Positions 30,281-40,540 of a DNA stretch of 64,000 nt are shown one piece after another. Under the pieces are notes generated by a model that had not been told where the DNA came from, did not search any database, and saw only the letters and a program-made list of their open reading frames with translations. The first letter of the stretch is position 1. Every line of letters begins with the position of its first letter. The stretch is from the NCBI GenBank assembly GCA_030247675.1, contig JAOTRX010000004.1, positions 114,910 to 178,909 of the forward strand, written 5' to 3'. Source of the stretch: Desulforhopalus sp. Its GTDB lineage: Bacteria > Desulfobacterota > Desulfobulbia > Desulfobulbales > Desulfocapsaceae. Made by a program: the position numbers and the translations under genes.

Positions 30281-31057
30281 ATGAGACAACAGAGTAAAAA
30301 ACAGCTGCATGTGCGGGGCGTCGTTATTGGCGGGTCCCATCCCCTCATCTGTTTGCCCCTCCTAGCTGGAACCAAAGAAGAGTTGCTTGACCAGGCGGCA
30401 GCCCTGGTGGAACTGGCCCCTGATCTGGTGGAGTGGCGGATTGATGGTTTTGCCGAGGTTGAAGATCTCGCGAAAAGTCTGTCAGTTCTTGGTGAATTGC
30501 GCCGCATCCTCGGGGAGATACCGCTCCTTTTTACCTGCCGGATAGACCAGGAAGGCGGGATGGGCAAAATTCCCCGGGAAAAGAGATTGGCATTGCTGCT
30601 TGCAGCCATAGAATCCGGCAATATCGATCTCATCGACATAGAATTGTGCAATGGCCGGGAATTTATCGACGCCGTCAAGACGCCTGCCCGGGCCCGCCAC
30701 GTCGCCCTGATCCTCTCCTATCACAACTTCAAGGAAACGCCGGCTGAAACCTTTATCTACGACAAGCTTCTTGCCGCCTATGAAGCGGGGGCGGACATCC
30801 CCAAGGTTGCGGTCATGCCTAAGGATTATGCGGATGTTCTGGTGCTGTTGCAGGCGACCAACCGGGCGAGAAACAGCGTCATCGATACGCCGCTGATCAC
30901 CATATCCATGGGGGAGCAGGGAGCGGTAAGCCGATTGGCGGGTGGCCTGTTTGGCTCGGACATCACCTTTGCCGTCGGCACGGCTTCATCCGCGCCGGGA
31001 CAGATCCCGATAGCCGAGATGCGAGCGGTGATGGCCGTGCTGTTTGCCGCACGCTAA
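30281..31057 (+). CDS. aroD: Type I 3-dehydroquinate dehydratase
   Basis: DLVEWRID, LLFTCR..QEGG, IDIEL, LSYHNFKETP, ADIPKVAVMP, ISMG..G..SR, SSAPGQI. Confidence 0.95.
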   Translation: MRQQSKKQLHVRGVVIGGSHPLICLPLLAGTKEELLDQAAALVELAPDLVEWRIDGFAEVEDLAKSLSVLGELRRILGEIPLLFTCRIDQEGGMGKIPREKRLALLLAAIESGNIDLIDIELCNGREFIDAVKTPARARHVALILSYHNFKETPAETFIYDKLLAAYEAGADIPKVAVMPKDYADVLVLLQATNRARNSVIDTPLITISMGEQGAVSRLAGGLFGSDITFAVGTASSAPGQIPIAEMRAVMAVLFAAR

Positions 31058-31155
31058 GGATTCCTCTCGCCGATACCAGGGTCCGCTGTCGGCGGGCGAG
31101 CTAATACGGAGGAACGGCAAAAGACCAGGCCGAATCAACGCCATTGATCGGCGAT

Positions 31156-32808
31156 TTATTTGTCGATTGCCTTCAGTTGTTCTGCCGCGCATTCAGGACA
31201 CATGCCATGGCTGAACCGAGCCTCTGAGTGATCGCTAATGTATTGTTCCAGCTGTTGCCAGCTGTCTTGCTCCGTGCGAATTTTTTTGCAATACATGCAG
31301 ATGGGGACAATTCCTTCGAGTTTTTTCACGAGACTGAGAGCCTCTTCTCGCTCGCGCTCTATCTGTTTGCGCTGAGTTATGTCCCGGGCTATCCCCAACA
31401 ATGAGGTGATTTCCCCCTGCTCATTGCGAAACGGCACCGCATGGGTCTCAAGCCAGACACGCCGGCCCTTCAGGCCAACAGCTGCAAATTCTAGTTTTCC
31501 CGGGATTCCCTGATAGATCTGTTTGGTAAGCGCGATAAAGGCGTCCCGGTATTGCTCGGTGACTAGTGGAAAGACGCATTGCCCCTGCACCTGTTCAAAG
31601 CTGTCGGCATCGAGCATTTTCAATCCCGCCGTATTCATCATCAATATATTGCCATTACTATCGAGCATTTTGATGCACTCCGGCTCAGAGTCAATGATCG
31701 TTTGTAAAAATCGTTTACTGCTAGCTAAGGCAGTAATAAGACGGTTGAAGCCGCCGATGAGTTTTCCAACTTCGTCCTCTTGATGTACCGGCAGGGGAGC
31801 TACCGGAAGGTTGGCGTCGGAGATGGCGCTCAAGGTTTTCAGGGTGGCAAACACCGGCGACAGCTGTCGTTTCAAGAGCCACCATATCAGCCCCCCTGCC
31901 AGGAGGGTCATGACAAGAGAAGAAATCAGCATTCTGTTCTGCATGTCACGAATCGGCGCATAGGCCTCCGCGGTAGGAATCCTTCCGACCAGGACCCAAC
32001 CCGCGCCAGGGATCTGTCTCGAAGATGATAAAACCTCCACTCCCCGTGAGTCGACAATACTGCCGGAGCCCTCAAAGCCATTAATGTATCGGTCCATTAA
32101 GGGATTGACACCGGGCGCGGGGATGGGTTGCATGACACGGCTTCTGTCGGTTGCGGCAACAACAACCTTATGCTGTGGGGCTATAAGGACATACCCCCCG
32201 GTCTTGCCGTAGCGATTATCGGTAATATGACTTAAAAAGGAGGGTTTGCTGAGATCGACGATCCCGGCCACCGTTCCGACGATGGTCCCCCTGCCATCAC
32301 GAATAGGCGTTGCAATGGAAAAAACAGGAAATCCCGAAATCCTTCCTATGACCGGTTCACTGATACTGGTTATCCCCTTGTTAAGGGCCAGGGCTATGCT
32401 GCTGCGGTTAATAAAATTTACGCCAACCCGGTTGGCGGAGAGTGGCACGGAGGCAATGGTGGTGCCCTCACTGTTAGTGACGAGGTACCCGCTATTGAAT
32501 AATTTCTCCAGCAGCAACCGCTCCTCTAGAAATGCTTGTAACATTTTTGGGTCGTTGAAGATGGCGGGGGTGATTCTTCCGGCAACGGTTTCCAGCGATC
32601 GCACCCGGCTGTTGAGTTCGCTGTTGATAAGCTCAGCGAATACTGAAACGGTGGCGAATTGCTGGTCATGTATCATCGTTTTGATATCTGCGCGAAGCAT
32701 TCTGCCGGCATAGGATGACAGCAGCCCGATACTGACAATAAAAATAATCAATGTGGAAACAGTCACTTTTATCTTTAGCGACCATCTTTGGAAAAAGTCT
32801 GTGTTCAT
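31156..32808 (-). CDS. Cache-HAMP-PAS sensor ending in a four-cysteine C-terminal domain
   Basis: TM-Cache(ISEPVIGR)-TM-HAMP-PAS, then GIVPICMYCKKIR...SHGMCPEC; no kinase or cyclase domain. Confidence 0.8.
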   Translation of the reverse strand: MNTDFFQRWSLKIKVTVSTLIIFIVSIGLLSSYAGRMLRADIKTMIHDQQFATVSVFAELINSELNSRVRSLETVAGRITPAIFNDPKMLQAFLEERLLLEKLFNSGYLVTNSEGTTIASVPLSANRVGVNFINRSSIALALNKGITSISEPVIGRISGFPVFSIATPIRDGRGTIVGTVAGIVDLSKPSFLSHITDNRYGKTGGYVLIAPQHKVVVAATDRSRVMQPIPAPGVNPLMDRYINGFEGSGSIVDSRGVEVLSSSRQIPGAGWVLVGRIPTAEAYAPIRDMQNRMLISSLVMTLLAGGLIWWLLKRQLSPVFATLKTLSAISDANLPVAPLPVHQEDEVGKLIGGFNRLITALASSKRFLQTIIDSEPECIKMLDSNGNILMMNTAGLKMLDADSFEQVQGQCVFPLVTEQYRDAFIALTKQIYQGIPGKLEFAAVGLKGRRVWLETHAVPFRNEQGEITSLLGIARDITQRKQIEREREEALSLVKKLEGIVPICMYCKKIRTEQDSWQQLEQYISDHSEARFSHGMCPECAAEQLKAIDK

Positions 32809-32824
32809 ACAATTCCTCTGGCCG

Positions 32825-35800
32825 CTACTCTAGTCGCGGCTCGTTGTATCTGTTTCTGGCTGGTGCATCCAGGGCCTTGCGCACGCCTGCCGCCAGGTTG
32901 TTCATGGAAAATGGTTTTTGAATAAAGTGCACGTCTTCGTTGAGAACGCCCTGATGGGCGATGACGTTGGCGGTATATCCGGACATAAACATGTGCTTGA
33001 TAGCGGGGTAGAGGGTTACGAGATGCTCAGCTAGGTCGCGGCCATTCATCTGCGGCATGATAACGTCGGTGAGCAGCAGGTCGATGGCACCGGCATGTTC
33101 TTCGGCCAGGCGAATGGCCGCATCGGGGGTGGCGGCCGCCAGGACCGTATATCCCTGTACCTCAAGCATGGTCTTGGTTATATCAAGGATCGTCGGGCCG
33201 TCTTCCACCAGAAGGATGGTCTCGCTGCCGCGGGCGGCGGATTCTCCCGAATCTTTGCCCTCCACGAGCGTGGCCTTTTCCAAGCAATGGGGAAAATAGA
33301 TTCTGACGGTGGTTCCCTGGCCGGGTTCACTGTAGACATTGATAAAACCGTGGTTCTGCTTGACAATGCCGTAGACCGTGGCCAGTCCCAGGCCGGTGCC
33401 CTTGCCCAGATCCTTGGTTGTGTAAAAGGGTTCGAAAAGGTGCGAGAGTTCTTCGGCATCCATGCCGCAACCGGTATCACTGACGACAAGCTGGGCATAG
33501 CTGCCGGGTACTGCCCCCGGATGAAGGGCACAGTATGCTTCGTCAAGGGTGATGGCGCCAGTTTCGATGATGATCTTGCCGGTGCCTTCTATCGCGTCTC
33601 GGGCGTTGACACAGAGGTTGACGAGGATTTGATCGATCTGGGACGGGTCCATCATTATCGTCCCCGGCTTATTGCCCGGCAGCCAGGAGAGGGTGATGTT
33701 TTCGCCTATGAGGCGCTGCACCATTTTCAGCATTCCTTCGACAGTTTCATTAAAATCAAGGACCTTCAGGGTAATGGTCTGCTTGCGGGCAAAGGCCAAG
33801 AGCTGGCGGGTGAGGTCGGCGGCGCGTTCGGCCGCTTCACGGATGCTCTTTAACCGGGCGAATAGTGGTTGACCGGCATCCATGTTGAGCATGGCCAGCT
33901 GGGTATGCCCTAGGATAACGCTGAGCATGTTGTTGAAGTCGTGGGCCACGCCGCCGGCCAGACGGCCGATGGAGTCCATCTTCTGTGACTGGATGAGCTG
34001 GAGTTGCAGTTTTTCCCCCTCCGCCTCCGCCTTTTTTCGCCCGGTAATGTCCTGCAGGCTGAGCTGAATGAGGACCCTTTCCCGGTGGATAAAGGGCATC
34101 AGGTGCACCGCTGTGTCCCAAATCTCGCCGTTTGGCCTCTGGTGCTGCCATTCAAAGAAGGCAAAGCCCTTGTCGAGTGCCTCTTGGATACGCCTGGTCG
34201 CGGCCAGTTCCGAGGGATCGCCGTCATACTGCCCCGGTGTTGAGAGGTCAATCGGCAGTTTACCGAGGAGTTCGTCGCGATGGGTGAAGCCATAGATGCG
34301 TACAGCTGCCTGATTGCAATCTATGAACCGACCGGTATCCGGTTCCAGCACGGCGAGAGGAATGTGCGAATCTTGGAACAGCACCTTGTTGTAGGATTCG
34401 CTGTCGCGCAGGGCATTCTCCGCCCGCTTTCTCTCGGTGTAATCGTGGACCAGCGACAACATGACGGCCGAGCCGCCCAGGGTGATAGTTTCCGCCGACC
34501 ACAGGCTGTCGCGTATTTCCCCGGATTTGGTGCGGAAACAGATCGGCTCATTATGAAACGAACCCTGCTCCTTCACCCGTTTTCCAAGGCGGGCCCTTTC
34601 TTCCGGGTTACCCCAGATTCCCAGTTCATACGAGGTATGGCCGATGGTTTCTTCCCGGGTATGGCCGGTGATACGCAGCCATCGTTCGTTGGCGTCGATA
34701 AACCGGCCGGTTTCGATATCGGAGATGACCATTGGGGCGGGTGACAGGGTGAAGGCCTTGGAAAAGCGCTCTTCGCTCTCGCGCAGGGCCAGATCGGCCT
34801 TTTTTCGCTCGGTGATGTCGGTGAGGCTGCCGATGATCGATGACGGCCTGCCTTCGGCGTTGTGCAGCAGTCGTGCCGAGAGCCAGCAATCTGCGATCGA
34901 GCCATCGCGATTTTTCAACTGTACCTCATAATCGGCAATATTGCCCTCGCCCATCAGCCGTTCCAGGAAGGCGGCGCGGTCGCCGGCTTTGGCGTAGAAG
35001 TCCTTAAGCGGTCTGCCCAGCAGGTCCTCGCGGGTGTAGAGTCCTTTGGAGAGGGTGCTGACCGATGGACTGATGTCAAGAATCATGCCGTCAACGCTTG
35101 TCTCAAAAAATGTCTCGCGGACATTATTAAATATATTCCTGTAGTTGCGTTCGCTCTTCTGGATGGTTGCTACCATCCTGTTGACGCTGTCGGCGAGAAG
35201 CTGGAATTCATCATCGGTGCCGGAGGAGACTTGCCGCCAGGTGCCGTCACGGCCGATGGTGTCGACATCGGCGATCAGCTTGTGCAGGGGGCGGGTGGTT
35301 TTCAGGCCGAGATACGAGCCGATCAGGGCGGCGGTTGTGGCCACTGCGGCGAGGAGGGCCAAGATCCACAGGCCGCCTTCCCAGAAGATTTCACTGCTGC
35401 GTTCAAGGAGCCTGGCGACCGGGACCTTGATCTCCGCTAGGGGCATGGCGGTGACCATGATCCAGCCGGTTTCCTCGACGGTGGCGGAGGCGAAGACCAT
35501 CGGCCCGGAGGCGGTGGGGTGGACGTTGACGCCACTGGCGCGGCCAAGGATAGCCGCGGCCAGCCCTTGCATCTCCGGCAGGCAGGTGTCACCGATCATG
35601 GCGACCTCGCCTTCCGGCTGGGGGGTTCCGCCGGGCGTTTGGGTGAAGAGCCGCTGGTAGCTCGCGGCAATCGCCGTGGTGCCGAAGAACTGGTCGATGG
35701 CCTTGGCGGGCAGGGCGACAGGATAGCCTTCGCCATTAAGGAGCAGGGCGTAGCCGTTGTCGCCGAGCCGCAGGTCCTGGATCTGTGCGGTCATCGACTG

Positions 35801-36607
35801 GAGGAGAATATCAAAGCCGGTGGTGCCGATGAAGGTGTTGCCGTTATACAGTGGGGCGACGCAGCTGACCATCCAGGCACGTTTGATGGCGTCCCGGTAG
35901 GGCTTCATCCATTGCATCTTTCTCTGGGGATTGTGCTCCGCATCGAACAGCCGCACATAGTCCTCCTGCGCCTCGTTCAGTTCGTTGAAGGTGGGGTGTG
36001 CCGCCAAGCGTGCCGCGTAATCGTTGGGATAGGTGACATCGATGCCGTCGGTGAGGACGATCCAGATTAAATCGATACTATCGGGATGGAGGGAGTGGAA
36101 CACCTCCATCAAAGGGGCGGCGGGCATGATCTGCTCAAGAAGGCCAATCGCCCGCTGCCGGAAGGCTGCATCGGTGCGGATCTTCTCAACTACGGCGCGG
36201 CGGATGAGCGGGCTTGACTTGCCCGCCAGCATATCCCAATTGGCATAGGTACCGTATTCGGGGTGGATGTATCCGTAGCCGGGAAGGAGTGCGTTGTCAG
36301 CCGGGTAACGCTTGCCCAGGGCCGGGGGAGTGGCCAGCGGCGTTTTTCCGGCGCCCGTGCTGACGCTTTGCCGCACGGCCTCCACCTGATCCTGGTAGGT
36401 CTTGAGGAAGGCACTGATCTTCATGGCGCTCAGCCTGGCCTTCTGCAGGACGACCTCCTTTTCCGTTGCCAACAGCGCTTGGCTACCCTGGTCGATCATC
36501 TGCGAAGCGGTATTGCGCATGAGGAAAAGCCCGATGACCCCGACGAGGAGGATGGGCAAGAGGCTGGCGACCAGGATAAGGGAGATATATCGTCTGGTGA
36601 TTGACAT
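32825..36607 (-). CDS. Hybrid sensor histidine kinase (Cache-HAMP-3xPAS-HisKA-HATPase-REC)
   Basis: GGVAHDFNNML H-box, QILVNLCVNARDA, DTGCGM, FYTTKDLGKGTGLGL, ILLVED...LLLTDVIMP...FIQKPF. Confidence 0.95.
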   Translation of the reverse strand: MSITRRYISLILVASLLPILLVGVIGLFLMRNTASQMIDQGSQALLATEKEVVLQKARLSAMKISAFLKTYQDQVEAVRQSVSTGAGKTPLATPPALGKRYPADNALLPGYGYIHPEYGTYANWDMLAGKSSPLIRRAVVEKIRTDAAFRQRAIGLLEQIMPAAPLMEVFHSLHPDSIDLIWIVLTDGIDVTYPNDYAARLAAHPTFNELNEAQEDYVRLFDAEHNPQRKMQWMKPYRDAIKRAWMVSCVAPLYNGNTFIGTTGFDILLQSMTAQIQDLRLGDNGYALLLNGEGYPVALPAKAIDQFFGTTAIAASYQRLFTQTPGGTPQPEGEVAMIGDTCLPEMQGLAAAILGRASGVNVHPTASGPMVFASATVEETGWIMVTAMPLAEIKVPVARLLERSSEIFWEGGLWILALLAAVATTAALIGSYLGLKTTRPLHKLIADVDTIGRDGTWRQVSSGTDDEFQLLADSVNRMVATIQKSERNYRNIFNNVRETFFETSVDGMILDISPSVSTLSKGLYTREDLLGRPLKDFYAKAGDRAAFLERLMGEGNIADYEVQLKNRDGSIADCWLSARLLHNAEGRPSSIIGSLTDITERKKADLALRESEERFSKAFTLSPAPMVISDIETGRFIDANERWLRITGHTREETIGHTSYELGIWGNPEERARLGKRVKEQGSFHNEPICFRTKSGEIRDSLWSAETITLGGSAVMLSLVHDYTERKRAENALRDSESYNKVLFQDSHIPLAVLEPDTGRFIDCNQAAVRIYGFTHRDELLGKLPIDLSTPGQYDGDPSELAATRRIQEALDKGFAFFEWQHQRPNGEIWDTAVHLMPFIHRERVLIQLSLQDITGRKKAEAEGEKLQLQLIQSQKMDSIGRLAGGVAHDFNNMLSVILGHTQLAMLNMDAGQPLFARLKSIREAAERAADLTRQLLAFARKQTITLKVLDFNETVEGMLKMVQRLIGENITLSWLPGNKPGTIMMDPSQIDQILVNLCVNARDAIEGTGKIIIETGAITLDEAYCALHPGAVPGSYAQLVVSDTGCGMDAEELSHLFEPFYTTKDLGKGTGLGLATVYGIVKQNHGFINVYSEPGQGTTVRIYFPHCLEKATLVEGKDSGESAARGSETILLVEDGPTILDITKTMLEVQGYTVLAAATPDAAIRLAEEHAGAIDLLLTDVIMPQMNGRDLAEHLVTLYPAIKHMFMSGYTANVIAHQGVLNEDVHFIQKPFSMNNLAAGVRKALDAPARNRYNEPRLE

Positions 36608-36820
36608 TTTTAACGGAAAATCAAATCATTGGAGGAGAATTCATGGGAGCTGAAAACGCCTGCAGCACCTCGTAAACCTTGTTTGCCTGTATACCTTTGG
36701 CGGCGTGCTGCTCGGCAAGAGGTGGAGAATGCACAGCACTTCCGTGAGTTCACTGCATTACGATTTTAATCCTATATCAGGAGTCCATCCATCACCAAAT
36801 ACAAAATGCAATTTCCGCTG

Positions 36821-37591
36821 TTATAGCTGATATTTGTCCCGGTAGCCGCGGGGAGTGATCATCAGCTCCTTCCAGGTATAGGTCTGGCTGTTGCCGATGA
36901 TGACGGTGGATTGCATGCCGATCTCGCAATCGAGCATCTTGCCAAGAGTGGTGATGACGACCGTCTCGTTGTCGCGGCTGGCGGCGGTGACGATGCCGAC
37001 CGGGGTGTCGGGCGAGCGATGGGCAAGAAAGATCTCCCGGGCGCGGATGATCTGGCCGGTGCGCTTCTTGGAGCGCGGATTGTAGATGGCGGTGACGAAA
37101 TCGGCCATGGCAACAGCGGTGAGCCGCTTTTCGATGACCTCCCAGGGGGTGAGCAGGTCGGAGAGGCTGACTGCGGCAAAGTCGTGCATCAGTGGCGCTC
37201 CGAGGCGGGCGGCGCAGCCGTTGATGGCGGCGATGCCTGGAATGATCTCGATCCTGCAGGGCGAGTCGGTTTCTTTGGCCAGTTCGTACACCAGGCCGGC
37301 CATGGCGTAGATGCCGGGGTCGCCGCCGGACACTAGAGCAACATCTTTCCCCGATTCAGCGGTGGTGAGGGCTAAGCGGCAGCGCTCGACCTCCTTCATC
37401 ATCTCCGAGGAAACCACCTCCTTGCCGGTCAGAAAGTCCGGGATCAGATCAAGATAGGTCTTATAGCCGATGATGACTTCAGCCTGGTTGAGGGCGTCGC
37501 AGGCCGCAAGGGTCATTTGCTTTACTGATCCGGGTCCGGTTCCGACAACGAAAAGGCTGCCCGGGCGATTGCCATGGTTACATTTTTCCAT
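36821..37591 (-). CDS. cbiH: Cobalt-precorrin-3B C17-methyltransferase
   Basis: LFVVGTGPG, IIGYKTY, EVERC, VSGGDPGIYAMAG, APLMHDF, SLSDLLTPW, YNPRS, TPRGY. Confidence 0.95.
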   Translation of the reverse strand: MEKCNHGNRPGSLFVVGTGPGSVKQMTLAACDALNQAEVIIGYKTYLDLIPDFLTGKEVVSSEMMKEVERCRLALTTAESGKDVALVSGGDPGIYAMAGLVYELAKETDSPCRIEIIPGIAAINGCAARLGAPLMHDFAAVSLSDLLTPWEVIEKRLTAVAMADFVTAIYNPRSKKRTGQIIRAREIFLAHRSPDTPVGIVTAASRDNETVVITTLGKMLDCEIGMQSTVIIGNSQTYTWKELMITPRGYRDKYQL

Positions 37592-38523
37592 TTTCTTTTC
37601 CTGCTGAGAAGATGATTGCTGCCCGCGCTGAGGAGGGCGGCCGGTTCGGCGACGCCGATGGCGCCGACCGCCTGCAGTGCGGCAAAGGATATTGCTAGGT
37701 TGTGAAGGGTATTTATTTGTTCGCCGGGGAAGAAATCAACCTGCCAGCCGTGCCCGGCGGCAAATTGTAGAAGGCCCGGTTCGTCGTCTTTTTTGTCGAT
37801 GGAGGCGAGGTTGCGGATGCAGGCCACGTCGAGGCGGAGAGCCGATAGTAATTCGGTCAGGGCCGCCTCGAACTCTGCCTTCGGGGTGCCCCGGTTGCAG
37901 CCAACACCGATCACCAGATTGCGGGGGCGGAAGATCGTCGTTTCTCCGGCAAAGCCGGTTGATGCCGAGACGATAATATCAGCCTGTGCGGCTTCGTCCA
38001 CCCGGATTAGCCCTGGCGGCAGGGAGATCACCGTCTCGTCGGTATAGAGGCGTAACTCGCCGCGGTTGACTAAAAGGGCTGCTGCTGCAGTAAGCTTCTG
38101 CCGGCTGGGGGGTACCAGGGCCTGCGCCTTCGCCCAGAGATCGAGGGCGGCAAGATGCAGGGTGTCGGAGGCGGTGGTGATGACCGGCGTCCCACCGGTC
38201 AGTGCCGCCACCTTGCGGGCCAGCTCGTTGCCGCCGCCGAGGTGTCCGGACAGGAGGCTAACGGCATGTTGACCCCTCTCATCCATGACGATGACGCAAG
38301 GGTCGGTGTGTTTACCCTGGAGCAGCGGCGCGATGGCCCGGACGACAATGCCGGTAGCCATGATACATACCAGGCCGTCAAAACGCTGCCAGTTGGCGGC
38401 GATGAGCTCGGCAATTTTTTGCTCCTCGGCCTGGTGGAGGAGGGATGCTCCCTCAAGGCGGGCGACAAGTTCCTGGGCCAATTTTTTACCGCCCTGGGTT
38501 ATGGCGACAATGGCGACGTTCAT
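37522..38523 (-). CDS. cbiG: Cobalt-precorrin-5A hydrolase
   Basis: IMATGIVVRAIAP, DPCVIVMDE, SLLSGHLGGGN, VITTASD, GVGCNRG, GVAEPAAL. Confidence 0.95.
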   Translation of the reverse strand: MNVAIVAITQGGKKLAQELVARLEGASLLHQAEEQKIAELIAANWQRFDGLVCIMATGIVVRAIAPLLQGKHTDPCVIVMDERGQHAVSLLSGHLGGGNELARKVAALTGGTPVITTASDTLHLAALDLWAKAQALVPPSRQKLTAAAALLVNRGELRLYTDETVISLPPGLIRVDEAAQADIIVSASTGFAGETTIFRPRNLVIGVGCNRGTPKAEFEAALTELLSALRLDVACIRNLASIDKKDDEPGLLQFAAGHGWQVDFFPGEQINTLHNLAISFAALQAVGAIGVAEPAALLSAGSNHLLSRKRKWKNVTMAIARAAFSLSEPDPDQ

Positions 38524-39329
38524 TACTCGCCGCTACCCTGGCGATAGCCGTGGGTAAAGCTGCGGTCGTAGAGCTTTGACAGGGCCGGTGGCGGGCCATC
38601 GGCCAGGACCCTGCCAACGGCGATGATCGCCGTTTTGGTGATGCTAGCCTCTTTCACTTGGCCGGCAATGCTTGCCAGGGTACCGCGCAGCTGCCTTTCG
38701 TCAGGCCAGCTGACCTTCTCGACAATGGCAACCGGGGTATCGGGCGGATAGCCACCGGCGATGAGGTCGGCGACCACCTCGTCGATCATGCCGACGCTGA
38801 GAAAGATCATCATCGTCGCCTGATGGCCGGCAAGGGAGCTGAGGTTTTCGCCCTCAGGAACCGGCGTTCTGCCGCCGCGTCTGGTAAAGATGACCGTCTG
38901 CGACACCTCCGGCAGGGTCAACTCGGTGCCGAGGGCCGCCGCCGAGGCGGTTCCAGAACTGACTCCGGGGACGACAGTGAAGGGGATGGCATGGTCGCGC
39001 AGCAGGGTAATCTGTTCATTGATCGCCCCGTAGATCGACGGGTCGCCGGTGTGCAGGCGGACCACGCGTTTGCCGTCCTGCCAGGCCGCAAGGATGAGGG
39101 CAAAGACCTCATCGAGGTTCATCCCCGCCGAATCGTGGATCTCCGCGGTGAGGCCTTCAATAAGGGAACGCGGCACGAGGCTGCCGGTAAAAATAACCAG
39201 ATCGGCTTCCCGCAGGAGGCGCTGGCCCTTGACGGTGATCAGCTCCGGATCGCCAGGCCCGGCCCCGACAAAATGGACCATGTGGCGGGGTGGAATTCCT
39301 GAGGTAAACAAGTTATCTGCTACGTTCAT
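38523..39329 (-). CDS. cbiF: Cobalt-precorrin-4 C11-methyltransferase
   Basis: FVGAGPGDPELITVKG, RLHTGDPSIYGAI, LTLPEVSQTVIFTR, SKLYD. Confidence 0.95.
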   Translation of the reverse strand: MNVADNLFTSGIPPRHMVHFVGAGPGDPELITVKGQRLLREADLVIFTGSLVPRSLIEGLTAEIHDSAGMNLDEVFALILAAWQDGKRVVRLHTGDPSIYGAINEQITLLRDHAIPFTVVPGVSSGTASAAALGTELTLPEVSQTVIFTRRGGRTPVPEGENLSSLAGHQATMMIFLSVGMIDEVVADLIAGGYPPDTPVAIVEKVSWPDERQLRGTLASIAGQVKEASITKTAIIAVGRVLADGPPPALSKLYDRSFTHGYRQGSGE

Positions 39330-40540
39330 CGGCTTCCTGTCATGATGGATATTGGATTGAAATGTATGGTATTTCCGTGTGGATCGGTGCGCGATACCTG
39401 GACGGTTGCGCTCTGGACGGTAAAGCCCGCCGCCCGCAACAGCCCGGGGGCGGTGTCGATGGTCTTTTGTGCCACCCCGTTGACCACCAGGATGCCACCC
39501 TCGGCAAGCCGGGCGGCAACCGCCGGGATGATGGCCGGAAGTGCCCCGCCGCTGCCGCCGATAAAGACCCGTTGCGGGTCAGGGAGCCCGGCCAGGGCCT
39601 CCGGGGCCCTGCCGGGAACCGCTACTATATTGAAACAGCGGAATTTGACAATATTCTTTTTGATGTTTGCCAATTCTTCGTCCTTTTGTTCGATGGCGAA
39701 GACTGTCAGCCGTGGATTGGCGCGCGCCGCCTCGATGGACAGCGAGCCGCTACCGGCCCCGACATCCCACAATACCCCGGTTTCCGGCAGGCGCAGCTGG
39801 TGAAGGGTCGCCGCCCGTACCTCGTTCTTGGTGATCAGGCCGCGACTATGATGTATTATCTCCTCTGTCAGGCCGAGGCGGTATTCCGGGATGCTGAGTG
39901 CGGCGCCAGGTATCAGAAGGCATATGACGTTCATGGCGGAAAACCGCTGCGACCTGGCCTCATCAAGGCTGCATGAAGTGATTCTCTCTGTTGATAGGCC
40001 GATATCTTCGGCGACCAGCATTCTGATGGCGGCCGGCAGTTCCTGCTCGCCTATGGCCTGCAGATAGTCGAGGATCTGCCCGGCCAGGAAGTCCGGGCTG
40101 TTGGCGGCATCGGTCAGGATAAGGTGTTTGGCGTGGCCGAGCAGCAGGCCGGGCAGATGGCTGGTGGTCCGGCCATGCAGGCTGGTAATCCTGGCATCAT
40201 CCCAGGGGATGCGGAACAGGGCGCAGGCCCGTTGTACCGAGGATAAGGCCGGGAATAATTCAATCTTCTCCTGCGGGAATTCGCTCAGCAGGCGGCGGCC
40301 GATACCGTAAAAAAGGGGATCGCCGCTCGCCAGGATCGCTACCTTGCCGTGGGGTAGCGCCTCGCGGATCTTTATCAGGGCGCCCTGCAGCGGAGTGATA
40401 CTCAGGTACCGGTCGGAAAAGCCGGGGATCATTTCGCTATATCGCTCTGCCCCGATAATCAAGGTGCACTGCTGGAGGAGTTGCTCCTGCCAGGTCGCCA
40501 GCTGTTCCTCGGCAATGCCGATGACGAAGATCCTAGTCAT
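39326..40540 (-). CDS. cbiET: Bifunctional CbiE/CbiT (CobL-like) methyltransferase-decarboxylase
   Basis: ILASGDPLFYGIG, SLHGR, ITKNEVRA, LWDVGAGSGSLSIEA, VFIGGSGG. Confidence 0.92.
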   Translation of the reverse strand: MTRIFVIGIAEEQLATWQEQLLQQCTLIIGAERYSEMIPGFSDRYLSITPLQGALIKIREALPHGKVAILASGDPLFYGIGRRLLSEFPQEKIELFPALSSVQRACALFRIPWDDARITSLHGRTTSHLPGLLLGHAKHLILTDAANSPDFLAGQILDYLQAIGEQELPAAIRMLVAEDIGLSTERITSCSLDEARSQRFSAMNVICLLIPGAALSIPEYRLGLTEEIIHHSRGLITKNEVRAATLHQLRLPETGVLWDVGAGSGSLSIEAARANPRLTVFAIEQKDEELANIKKNIVKFRCFNIVAVPGRAPEALAGLPDPQRVFIGGSGGALPAIIPAVAARLAEGGILVVNGVAQKTIDTAPGLLRAAGFTVQSATVQVSRTDPHGNTIHFNPISIMTGSR

